From Bacteroidales bacterium (lineage in GTDB: Bacteria; Bacteroidota; Bacteroidia; Bacteroidales; WCHB1-69), in NCBI GenBank assembly GCA_017525505.1, contig JAFXSR010000033.1, positions 43,531-107,530 on the forward strand: a stretch of DNA of 64,000 nucleotides, read 5' to 3'. The first letter of the stretch is position 1; each line of letters starts with the position of its first letter. Below the pieces are notes generated by a model, which saw nothing but the letters and a program-made list of their open reading frames with translations, was not told the origin of the DNA and did no database searches. The translations under genes and the position numbers were made by a program. This document shows, piece after piece, positions 44,741 through 51,592 of the stretch.

Positions 44741-44920
44741 GCGTCACTACCCCGGCCTTCGGCCACCCGTTGGAGGCTACGCCTCCTTTCTCCTCCTCGC
44801 TCGGGAAAGCTCAATCAAGCTTGGCTTTCCTCTCGCTCCTTCGTCGAATCTAAAAGAAGGGGAATTAACTTTCAGTTTTCAGTTTTCAACTGTCAACTGT
44901 CAATTATCAACTATCAACTA
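44741..44920 (-). repeat. Family-A composite element, copy 2 (inverted), including its word leader
   Basis: tttgcgtcactaccccggccttcggccacccgttggaggctacgcctcc...ctcctcgctc...ctctcgctccttcgtcgaatc...aattaactttcagttttcagttttcaactgtcaac is the reverse complement of the copy-1 pattern. Confidence 0.75.
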
Positions 44921-44922
44921 AT

Positions 44923-45813
44923 ATGAAAGGCATCGTTCTCGCCGGAGGTTCCGGCACCAGGTTATATCCTATTACCAAGGGTGTGAGCAAACAGTTGCTG
45001 CCCATTTACGATAAACCTATGGTATATTATCCTATCAGTGCGTTGATGCTGGCGGGGATTAGGGATATTCTGATTATCAGCACCCCTTATGATTTGCCCG
45101 GTTTCAAACGGCTTTTGGGTGATGGCAGCGACTACGGTGTGCATTTCGAGTATGCCGAGCAGCCCAGTCCCGACGGTTTGGCTCAGGCTTTCATCATTGG
45201 CGAGAAGTTCATCGGTGACGATTGTGCCTGCCTGGTGTTGGGTGACAATATATTCTATGGTAACGGCTTTACGACATTGTTGCTCAATGCCGTAAAAGAC
45301 GCGGAGCACAACAAAAAGGCTACCGTTTTTGGCTACTGGGTGGCCGATCCCGAACGCTACGGTGTGGCGGAGTTTGACAAGCAGGGCAATTGCCTGAGTA
45401 TCGAGGAGAAACCGAAAGAACCTAAGAGCAACTATGCCGTGGTGGGGCTCTACTTCTATCCCAACAAGGTGGTGAATGTGGCCAAGACCATCAAACCTTC
45501 CGCGCGTGGCGAGTTGGAGATTACCACCGTCAACCAGCGTTTTCTGGAAGATGGAGAGTTGAAGGTGCAGGTCTTTGGTCGTGGTTTTGCCTGGCTGGAC
45601 ACGGGTACGCATGATTCATTGGCCGAGGCTTCCATTTTTGTGGAGACCATCGAGAAACGTACAGGATTGAAAATCGCCTGCCTTGAGGGCATCGCCTACC
45701 GCAACGGCTGGATCAGCGAGGAAAAGATGCGTCAGCTGGCCCAGCCGATGCTGAAGAACCAATACGGCCAGTACCTGCTGAAGGTGATTGACGAGATGAG
45801 CAGTGAGCGGTGA
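44923..45813 (+). CDS. rfbA: Glucose-1-phosphate thymidylyltransferase
   Basis: [37 protein letters not shown] is the canonical RmlA N-terminus. Confidence 0.95.
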   Translation: MKGIVLAGGSGTRLYPITKGVSKQLLPIYDKPMVYYPISALMLAGIRDILIISTPYDLPGFKRLLGDGSDYGVHFEYAEQPSPDGLAQAFIIGEKFIGDDCACLVLGDNIFYGNGFTTLLLNAVKDAEHNKKATVFGYWVADPERYGVAEFDKQGNCLSIEEKPKEPKSNYAVVGLYFYPNKVVNVAKTIKPSARGELEITTVNQRFLEDGELKVQVFGRGFAWLDTGTHDSLAEASIFVETIEKRTGLKIACLEGIAYRNGWISEEKMRQLAQPMLKNQYGQYLLKVIDEMSSER

Positions 45814-45955
45814 GCGGTGAGGCCTGAGGTTAGGAGGGTTAGGAGGGTTAGGAGGGTTAGGAAGGTTAGGAAGGTTAGGAAGGTTAGGAAGGTTAGGAAG
45901 GTTAGGAGGTTACACGGTTAGAAGGTTAGAAGGTGAAAGGGGTTTAGGAGGTTTA
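45814..45955 (+). repeat. Word array (GTGAGCG, GGTTAGGAR x12, GGTTAGAA, GGTTTAGGA)
   Basis: The words start inside the last rfbA codons (agtgagcggtgagcggtgagg). A C-free stretch spans 45825-45912. Confidence 0.9.
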
Positions 45956-45990
45956 GATGGCAAGTGCTTCCTCAAGGATGTGAATGCTAC
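45956..45990 (+). pseudogene. Orphan 35-bp fragment of a nucleotide-sugar dehydrogenase gene (DGKCFLKDVNA)
   Basis: gatggcaagtgcttcctcaaggatgtgaatgct matches ggtggcaaatgcttccctaaggatgtgaacgct at 47846-47878 at 28 of 33 positions. The differences are mostly at third codon positions. Confidence 0.6.
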
Positions 45991-46007
45991 TAATATATAA
46001 TATTAGA

Positions 46008-47675
46008 ATGAAAGGTATACAAAATACTATTACAGGAAATTTTAGCTCAATTATCAGCAATAGCCGGCGTTTTGTTGTCCCGAAATTCCAAAGAGACTAT
46101 TCGTGGAGTAGTGAGCAGTGGGATGATCTGTGGCAAGATATTGAGACGATGATAGAGGAGCATGATGAACATTACATGGGTTATCTTGTTCTTCAGACTC
46201 AAGACGATAAGCTTTTTTACATAATAGATGGACAGCAGCGCTTTACTACGGTATTGATTCTTATTTATGCTGCAATAAAGTGCGTGCAGAGACAGATTGC
46301 CCAGGGTGTGGATGTTGAGGACAATAGGCGTCGATGCGAATCTTTGAAGAATTTGTACATAGGGAAAGAGGATCCTGTAACATTAGACTATGACAACCTC
46401 TTAACTTTGAACAGGAATAATAACGCTTATTTCTGTGACTATATCTTGAAATTGGGTGATTTGAAGGCACGAAATCTTACAGCAACAGAAAAACTGATGC
46501 GTAGCTGCTTTGAGTATTATGAGCAAAGGCTTATTGGCAAGTTCAATAGTGGAAAAGAGTATGCTTCTTTCATCCAGACAGTTGCAGATGGTTTGCATTT
46601 TACGCAAATCGTGGTCAATGATGAGATGAATGCATTCCGTGTATTTGAGACTCTGAATGCACGTGGCGTTCAATTGTCATCTGCAGACTTGTTAAAGAAT
46701 TATTTGTTCTCTAAAGTTGATAGCGAAACCACTCATAGTAGCCGTATAGATACGTTAGAGCGCAAATGGAGCAAGCTCACCGATAATATTAAGGCCGAGA
46801 AGCTTCCAGAGTTTCTTCGCTATTATTGGAATATGCAGCACAAAACAATTCGTGCCAATGCCGTATATAAAACTATTCGTCAGGAGATTAAGGAAGATAA
46901 GCAAGTGTTCCTTTTGTTGGATGACCTCATCTCTTATAGTGATATTTATATGGCATTGACTGATGAGAATGATGAAATGTGGACAGATTCGGAGGTTAAG
47001 GATAATGTGGCTCTGCTTAATCTTTTCCGCCTGAAACAGCCTTTCTCATTGCTTATGGCTGCCAAGAAGAGTTTGACGGACAATGAGTTCAAACGGGTGC
47101 TGAAGACTGTTATCATGGTGTGTTTTCGCTATAATGTAATCTGCGATAGAAATCCCAATGACCAAGAAACTCCATTTAATGCGCTTGCTCAATCTATAAG
47201 CCATAATAATCTTGTTGATTTGAAGGAGCTTTCATCGATCATGGTGGATGATGCTGAGTTCAAGAGTGCATTTAAAGAAAAGACTTTCCCTTATAACTCG
47301 CGTAATGCCAAAGTTATGAGGTACATATTGGGAAAGATAGAGCATTTCAAAGGCTCTGCCCAGGCAGTTCGTTTTGATGATGAGAACGCATCTATAGAAC
47401 ATGTTTATCCCCAGAATCCTTCTGAAGAGTGGGATTTGGACGAATCTAAGATGCAACGTTTTGTTTTTCGACTTGGAAACATCTGCCTTTTGGAAAAAGG
47501 ATTGAATAGGGATTTGCAAAATGCAAGTTTCGCAGAAAAGGTTTCAGTTTATAAAAAGTCATCATTTTATTATGCTCAAAAAATATCATCAGAATATAAT
47601 GAATGGAATGATAGCGCTATAATAAAGCTTCAGACCGAGATGGCAAACGCTGCTGTATCTATTTGGCGAGTATAA
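46008..47675 (+). CDS. DUF262 + DUF1524 protein (GmrSD-like type IV restriction / nucleotide-targeting defence enzyme)
   Basis: The N-terminal DUF262 motifs are FVVPKFQRDYSWSSEQWDDLWQDI and IIDGQQRFTT. The C-terminal His-Me/DUF1524-like motifs are IEHVYPQNP...GNICLLEKGLNRDLQNASFAEK. The start is moved to MKGIQNT. Confidence 0.8.
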   Translation: MKGIQNTITGNFSSIISNSRRFVVPKFQRDYSWSSEQWDDLWQDIETMIEEHDEHYMGYLVLQTQDDKLFYIIDGQQRFTTVLILIYAAIKCVQRQIAQGVDVEDNRRRCESLKNLYIGKEDPVTLDYDNLLTLNRNNNAYFCDYILKLGDLKARNLTATEKLMRSCFEYYEQRLIGKFNSGKEYASFIQTVADGLHFTQIVVNDEMNAFRVFETLNARGVQLSSADLLKNYLFSKVDSETTHSSRIDTLERKWSKLTDNIKAEKLPEFLRYYWNMQHKTIRANAVYKTIRQEIKEDKQVFLLLDDLISYSDIYMALTDENDEMWTDSEVKDNVALLNLFRLKQPFSLLMAAKKSLTDNEFKRVLKTVIMVCFRYNVICDRNPNDQETPFNALAQSISHNNLVDLKELSSIMVDDAEFKSAFKEKTFPYNSRNAKVMRYILGKIEHFKGSAQAVRFDDENASIEHVYPQNPSEEWDLDESKMQRFVFRLGNICLLEKGLNRDLQNASFAEKVSVYKKSSFYYAQKISSEYNEWNDSAIIKLQTEMANAAVSIWRV

Positions 47676-47691
47676 TTGAATAAAGATAATT

Positions 47692-47974
47692 ATGATCAAC
47701 GTCGGAATCATCGGCTGCGGCTTCGTGGGTGGAGCCCTCAAGGAGTGGTTGGAACACAACAATCCTGAATGCAAGCTTTTCATCAGCGACCCCGCCAAGG
47801 GCTACACACACCCATGTTCCGGGTCCCGACGGCAAGTACGGTTATGGTGGCAAATGCTTCCCTAAGGATGTGAACGCTTTCGCCAAGATGACGGAAGGCA
47901 CATCCCTTGGAACTCTTCTGGAACACCTCCACGAGCTTAATGTCCATTTCCGTGGGGAGGAAGAGCATATCTGA
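47692..47974 (+). pseudogene. Remnant of a nucleotide-sugar dehydrogenase gene (internal deletion plus frameshift)
   Basis: Frame 1 reads MINVGIIGCGFVGGALKEWLEHNNPECKLFISDPAKGY, a Rossmann N-terminus, and then becomes junk. Frame 2 from about 47815 reads VPGPDGKYGYGGKCFPKDVNAFAK..., the catalytic-Cys motif. Hundreds of codons are missing between the two. Confidence 0.75.
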
Positions 47975-48017
47975 AACCTATAAAAAGCGTACTAGAACAC
48001 AAATATAGCAAAACATT

Positions 48018-48446
48018 ATGGGTGTTTACGAAGAACAAATAGTGCCAATCAAGATTTCGCGCTTGGCAGAATATGTGTCCAGGAGGAAGCATATTGCTCT
48101 GGAGGATGCCCTTGTGTACATATATTCCAATCCTATGTACGACCGGTTATATGACGAAGGGGCCAAGTGGTGGTATCTTAGTACTGAAGCGCTTTATGAT
48201 GAGTTTGAGACGGCACGCAATACCGAAAGTAAGAGCGTAACGCATGAGGAATTTGAGTTCTACACTTATTGTTTGGAAAAATATGCTTTGTCAAAAGGTC
48301 TTACAGGTCTTCAAACTCTTGCACTACTGAAGCGTTACGGTGCAGATGATTATCTGATTGACCATTATGGTCTTCTTCATACACAAGGCACCGATTATGT
48401 AATTGATGAGTTAGATCGCTATATTCAGAGGAGGAAAAGAGGATGA
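48018..48446 (+). CDS. DUF3791-domain protein (candidate partner/antitoxin)
   Basis: The C-terminal half EFYTYCLEKYALSKGLTGLQTLALLKRYGADDYLIDHYGLLHTQGTDYVIDELDRYI matches my memory of the DUF3791 consensus. Its stop overlaps the next start (ATGA). Confidence 0.7.
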   Translation: MGVYEEQIVPIKISRLAEYVSRRKHIALEDALVYIYSNPMYDRLYDEGAKWWYLSTEALYDEFETARNTESKSVTHEEFEFYTYCLEKYALSKGLTGLQTLALLKRYGADDYLIDHYGLLHTQGTDYVIDELDRYIQRRKRG

Positions 48447-48826
48447 TAGTGTATCACGGTTCAAATGTTAGGGTTCGCAAGCCCAGTTTGCGTATGAGCA
48501 GGAAGAAGACCGATTTTGGACGCGGCTTTTATACAACAACCCAGAAGGAGCAGGCCGAGCACTGGACCTCCATCAAGATAGATAGGGCAAAAACAGGCCG
48601 CAGAGTCGTGTCGGTTTTTGAGATTGACGACGAACTTCTAACTAATCCTGAACTGAAAATTCGCGAGTTTCATGGCCCTGATGAGGACTGGTTGAATTTC
48701 GTGGTTGACAGTCGTAAAGGTGTGGAGCACGACTACGATCTTGTGTTTGGACCCGTAGCCAATGACAAAGTGTTCACCGTGGTGAACCTTTATGAAAGCG
48801 GTGTTCTAGTATTTTGTAACATCTAA
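48443..48826 (+). CDS. DUF3990-domain protein, possible ADP-ribosyltransferase-fold enzyme; 3' end altered by IS insertion
   Basis: MIVYHGSNVRVRKPSL...TDFGRGFYTTTQKEQAEHW has an HGS...G.G.Y pattern. The present C-terminus ...ESGVLVFCNI* reads into the IS630 inverted repeat. Confidence 0.7.
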   Translation: MIVYHGSNVRVRKPSLRMSRKKTDFGRGFYTTTQKEQAEHWTSIKIDRAKTGRRVVSVFEIDDELLTNPELKIREFHGPDEDWLNFVVDSRKGVEHDYDLVFGPVANDKVFTVVNLYESGVLVFCNI

Positions 48827-48852
48827 AACTTTAATAATTGAAATATTTTTTG

Positions 48853-48860
48853 TATCTTTG
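48853..48860 (+). promoter_or_regulatory. TAnnTTTG promoter box inside IS630 left end
   Basis: TATCTTTG lies 27 nt upstream of the transposase ATG at 48887. Confidence 0.55.
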
Positions 48861-48886
48861 CCGCCGGATATTCAAAGACAGGCATT

Positions 48887-49372
48887 ATGGCAGAGTACAG
48901 AAAATTAAGAATCAAGCTGTCCGAAGAACAGCGCAAATCGTTTGAACAAATTGTCCGCAAAGGCGTTTCAGGGGCAATGGAGATACGCCGTGCCAACGTG
49001 CTGTTGCTCGCCGACGAGGCCGGTGACAGGAAACGCCAGAAGGACGTTGTAATAGCAGGCATGCTCCAAATCACGCCGCAGGCGGTCCACGACATCAAGC
49101 TCAAGTTTCTGGAGAGGAAGGACACCGTCCCCGACGAGCCGAGCTGCGGTATACGCAGGAAGAAGAGGGAGACCCCTCCTGTCCAGCCGAAATGCACGGG
49201 TGATGTGGAAGCGAAAATAACAGCCATCGCCTGCAGCTCCCCTCCCGAAGGTCGTAGCCGCTGGAACCTGCGGCTCATCGCCGACAAGGCTGTCGAATTG
49301 GAGATTGTGGACTCAATTTCACACACACAGGTCGGCCGTATTCTAAAAAAAACCAATATAAGCCTCACTTGA
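48887..49372 (+). CDS. IS630 transposase, N-terminal HTH part (orfA)
   Basis: Helix-turn-helix-like segments read EEQRKSFEQIVRKG...RRANVLLLADEAG and RWNLRLIADKAVE. It ends just after the A8 run. Confidence 0.8.
   Translation: MAEYRKLRIKLSEEQRKSFEQIVRKGVSGAMEIRRANVLLLADEAGDRKRQKDVVIAGMLQITPQAVHDIKLKFLERKDTVPDEPSCGIRRKKRETPPVQPKCTGDVEAKITAIACSSPPEGRSRWNLRLIADKAVELEIVDSISHTQVGRILKKTNISLT
49345..49352 (+). promoter_or_regulatory. A8 slippery run: candidate -1 frameshift (or transcriptional slippage) site fusing orfA and orfB
   Basis: In cta aaa aaa acc, reading one base back gives cta aaa aaa aac caa tat aag cct cac ttg aag aag aca tgg. That translates as LKKNQYKPHLKKTWCIPP, which joins the two ORFs without a stop. 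Confidence 0.55.
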
Positions 49373-50058
49373 AGAAGACATGGTGCATACCTCCCCAGCA
49401 GAATGCCGCTTTCGTGGCAAACATGGAAGATGTGCTGGAAGTCTATGCAAGGCCGTATGACCCTCTCGCCCCTGTGGTTTGCATGGACGAACAACCCATC
49501 GAGCTGCATTATGACAGCAGGGAGACCATTCACTTGTCGGAGAGCAACCATACTGAAAAGGTTGACCACGAATACACAAGGAACGGGACATGCTGCGGCT
49601 TCATGTTCACCGAGCCTCTTGGAGGCTGGAGAAGAGTGACCATTCTGGAACATCGCTGCAAGACAGACTGGGCGCAGCAGATAAAACGCCTTGTCGACGA
49701 AGACTTCCCTGACGCTGAAAAAATAGTTCTGGTGTGTGACAACCTGAACACGCACAACATATCGTCGCTGTATGAAACCTTTGAACCGGCAGAGGCGAGA
49801 CGCATCTGGGAGCGTCTCGAAATGCATCACACCCCGAAACATGGCTCGTGGCTTGACATGGCAGAGACTGAACTTTCCGTGTTTACACGGGAATGCTTGC
49901 GCAGAAGAATCGGAGACATGGAGGTCCTGAAAGCCGAGGCAGAAGCATGGTGCGTTGACCGTAATGCACGGCAGAAAGGCATTGACTGGCATTTTACCAC
50001 GGGAGATGCGAGAATCAAACTCAAACATTTGTATCCTGTTATAAAACTAAAAGATTAG
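49369..50058 (+). CDS. IS630 transposase, DDE catalytic part (orfB)
   Basis: KKTWCIPPQQNAAFVANMEDVLEVY...VCMDEQP...LVCDNLNTH...HHTPKHGSWLDMAE is a DD(E) triad of the Tc1/IS630 type. It has no ATG of its own; the track start is TTG. Confidence 0.85.
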   Translation: MKKTWCIPPQQNAAFVANMEDVLEVYARPYDPLAPVVCMDEQPIELHYDSRETIHLSESNHTEKVDHEYTRNGTCCGFMFTEPLGGWRRVTILEHRCKTDWAQQIKRLVDEDFPDAEKIVLVCDNLNTHNISSLYETFEPAEARRIWERLEMHHTPKHGSWLDMAETELSVFTRECLRRRIGDMEVLKAEAEAWCVDRNARQKGIDWHFTTGDARIKLKHLYPVIKLKD

Positions 50059-50145
50059 ATGTTACAGTGTACTAGTATGGTTTTGAAAAGTGAACAGTGT
50101 CTACAAAAAATAGAAAAATAATGTTCGTGGAATGAAAATTATTAT

Positions 50146-50153
50146 TACTTTTG
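50146..50153 (+). promoter_or_regulatory. Orphan TAnnTTTG promoter box
   Basis: TACTTTTG has no credible CDS downstream. A terminator hairpin follows about 75 nt later. Confidence 0.45.
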
Positions 50154-50159
50154 CAGTGT

Positions 50160-50258
50160 TGTTATGCCATACAGCGCAGGCATGTAAAATTACCAGCGAC
50201 AACGATTTTGGTAATTTCAATCGCTTTAACCCACATCTTTTTTTTGATGTGGGTTTTT
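50160..50258 (+). ncRNA. Candidate small RNA (about 100 nt) defined by promoter box, internal hairpins and an intrinsic terminator
   Basis: The hairpins are atgcc...ggcat (about 50164-50184) and aaattacca-13 nt-tggtaattt (50187-50217). The terminator is aacccacatc-t8-gatgtgggtt plus ttt (50228-50258). The longest ATG ORF after the predicted TSS is 7 codons. Confidence 0.3.
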
Positions 50259-50570
50259 GGATAAATCAAAAGCAGTTAATATCCATTGTTTGTCCAGTCC
50301 AAATGCTTTGCGTTCAATAATTACTCTAAAATAATTTGATTCCAGTAAATATTCTTCACCAGTTTTAGTTATCGATAATTCACCAAATTGCACAACTATC
50401 GGGATAAAATCCTCAATTTCAAATCCTAAAGCTTTAATGCTGTTCCCATGCTTCTCATAAATGTGTTTTAACCCAAATCCCTTGTTGGTTTCGGGTTCAT
50501 TTTCTCCCCACACGATGTCAATATAGCCAATATCCTCCTTGCGATGACCTGCTATAACTGACGCAACAAG
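50226..50570 (-). pseudogene. 5'-truncated gene remnant (conserved KGFGLKHIYEKHG motif; possibly nuclease/toxin-like)
   Basis: The frame stays open upstream of the track's GTG start (..LVASVIAGHRKEDIGYIDIVWGENEPETNKGFGLKHIYEKHG..). No start codon occurs before an in-frame TGA, which abuts the terminator of the upstream gene. Confidence 0.4.
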
Positions 50571-50574
50571 TCAA

Positions 50575-50602
50575 GAAAGGCGAGCCAATTGGCTCGCCTT
50601 TC
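50575..50602. terminator. Perfect 28-bp palindrome downstream of the anti-sigma-like gene
   Basis: gaaaggcgagcc-aatt-ggctcgcctttc lies 20 nt after the stop codon of the minus-strand CDS 50622-51584. Confidence 0.65.
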
Positions 50603-50621
50603 TCTTATTCTTTCACTAGTT

Positions 50622-51584
50622 TTACCGCCGGATGAGGATAACGCCTTTGCGCATCTCGTTGATATTGTTGATGCTGTAGCTGAACTGGTAATAATAACTG
50701 CCGTTGGGCAGGTTGGCACCATCCCAGTTGTTGTCGTAGCGATTACTCTGGAATACAGTCTGGCCTTTCTGGTCTTTCACGATTAGCATGCGCTTTTCAC
50801 AATTCTCCAAGCCCTTGATAACAAAGAGGTCGTTTACTCCGTCGCCATTGGGTGTGAAAATGTTCGGGATCTCTATGACAACAGGGCGCGAGTAGGCGAA
50901 ATCATCAGGATTAATGCTGGTCTCCGAAGTGTTTTCTGTTACGTTGTCCGTGCTTTCCTCCGTCTTGCTGTTGCGCTGGTTTGTTTGAGGAGTAGCATTG
51001 ACTGTATTATTTTGTGTTAGAGTGTTTTGCGTATTGTTGGCGGAGCTTGGCGATGAGCTTGGAGTTGGGCTGACGGCAGTGTTTGAGGAAGTTGTGGGAG
51101 TCGTGGGAACAGAATGGGATGGGGTAGAAGCCAGGTCAGCTGTATTGCTTGAATTAGAGGCGTTTACGACAGGTTGTTCGTCCTCCTTATGGGATTTGTC
51201 GCTGAGAGGTGCGTTCTGGATTGGAGTTTGGTTTTCGGTCTCGTTTTCTACTACATAGATGTCAGTATTATCTGCTGATATACTTGAAATACTGTCGCTT
51301 ACGCTTATTTCTGTTTGATTGCTGCTGGTAGGTTGGCTTTCGGTAGCGGGTTCATGGGTGAGAATGGCGATGGTTGTGCCGGTGACAATAGCCACTACGG
51401 CGCTGGCCGAACCGATAATGGCGGCCAACTTACCTGCCGACATGGCGCCTTTGGCGGCGGTGGCAGCGGCGCTTCCTCCTGAGCCGGCCCCTGCGGCAGG
51501 CAGCTGGGAGGCAATGCTTTCCCAACACCGCGGAGAGGGGGTCTCCTGAATCTGTTCCATGATATCCTTGATGTTCATCTTCAT
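50622..51584 (-). CDS. Anti-sigma-like single-pass membrane protein with C-terminal T9SS type-B (CHU_C / gliding-motility) sorting domain
   Basis: The N-terminus is MKMNIKDIMEQIQETPSPRCWESIASQL and the TM helix is LAAIIGSASAVVAIVTGTTIAILT. A roughly 150 aa S/T/N/P-rich linker follows. The C-terminus is IPNIFTPNGDGVNDLFVIKGLENC...NNWDGANLPNGSYYYQFSYS. It starts 9 nt downstream of the ECF sigma gene. Confidence 0.7.
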   Translation of the reverse strand: MKMNIKDIMEQIQETPSPRCWESIASQLPAAGAGSGGSAAATAAKGAMSAGKLAAIIGSASAVVAIVTGTTIAILTHEPATESQPTSSNQTEISVSDSISSISADNTDIYVVENETENQTPIQNAPLSDKSHKEDEQPVVNASNSSNTADLASTPSHSVPTTPTTSSNTAVSPTPSSSPSSANNTQNTLTQNNTVNATPQTNQRNSKTEESTDNVTENTSETSINPDDFAYSRPVVIEIPNIFTPNGDGVNDLFVIKGLENCEKRMLIVKDQKGQTVFQSNRYDNNWDGANLPNGSYYYQFSYSINNINEMRKGVILIRR

Positions 51585-51592
51585 ATCTTATG

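Larger units (their letters stand above)
48809..50072 (+). mobile_element. IS630-family insertion sequence (about 1.26 kb) with TA target duplication
   Basis: The terminal inverted repeats are gtattttgtaacatc (48809-48823) and gatgttacagtgtac (50058-50072), matching at 12 of 15 positions. TA flanks both ends (48807-48808 and 50073-50074). It has an internal TATCTTTG promoter box and a two-ORF DDE transposase. Confidence 0.85.

Noticed and set aside
44653-44921. ORFs 44653-44853 ([19 protein letters not shown]...) and 44739-44921 (..[16 protein letters not shown]).
   Set aside because: They are translations of word arrays and of the family-A repeat. The same peptide-like strings appear wherever these repeats occur.
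37551-45955. Possibility that the short-repeat arrays are CRISPR arrays.
   Set aside because: The periods are 7-14 nt with no unique spacers, the repeats are degenerate, and no cas genes are present in the window.
42573-45955. GGTTAGG/GGGTTAGG arrays resemble telomeric TTAGGG repeats; considered G-quadruplex or i-motif formation.
   Set aside because: The G-runs are mostly only 2 nt long and are interrupted by A-rich words. A stable quadruplex is doubtful and cannot be supported from sequence alone. The Rho-loading and duplex-arm interpretations explain more of the pattern.
48823-50028. 401 aa ORF antisense to the whole IS630 transposase.
   Set aside because: It fully overlaps a transposase with clear HTH and DDE motifs on the other strand. 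It has no recognisable motif or promoter box, and its Cys/Arg/Ser-rich composition is typical of a shadow frame. Long antisense frames are common in such elements.
50132-50320. 62 aa ORF (MKIIITFAVLLCHTAQACKITS...), considered as a small secreted peptide.
   Set aside because: The TACTTTTG promoter box lies inside the ORF, downstream of its ATG, and the terminator hairpin lies within it. The region is better explained as a non-coding transcript.
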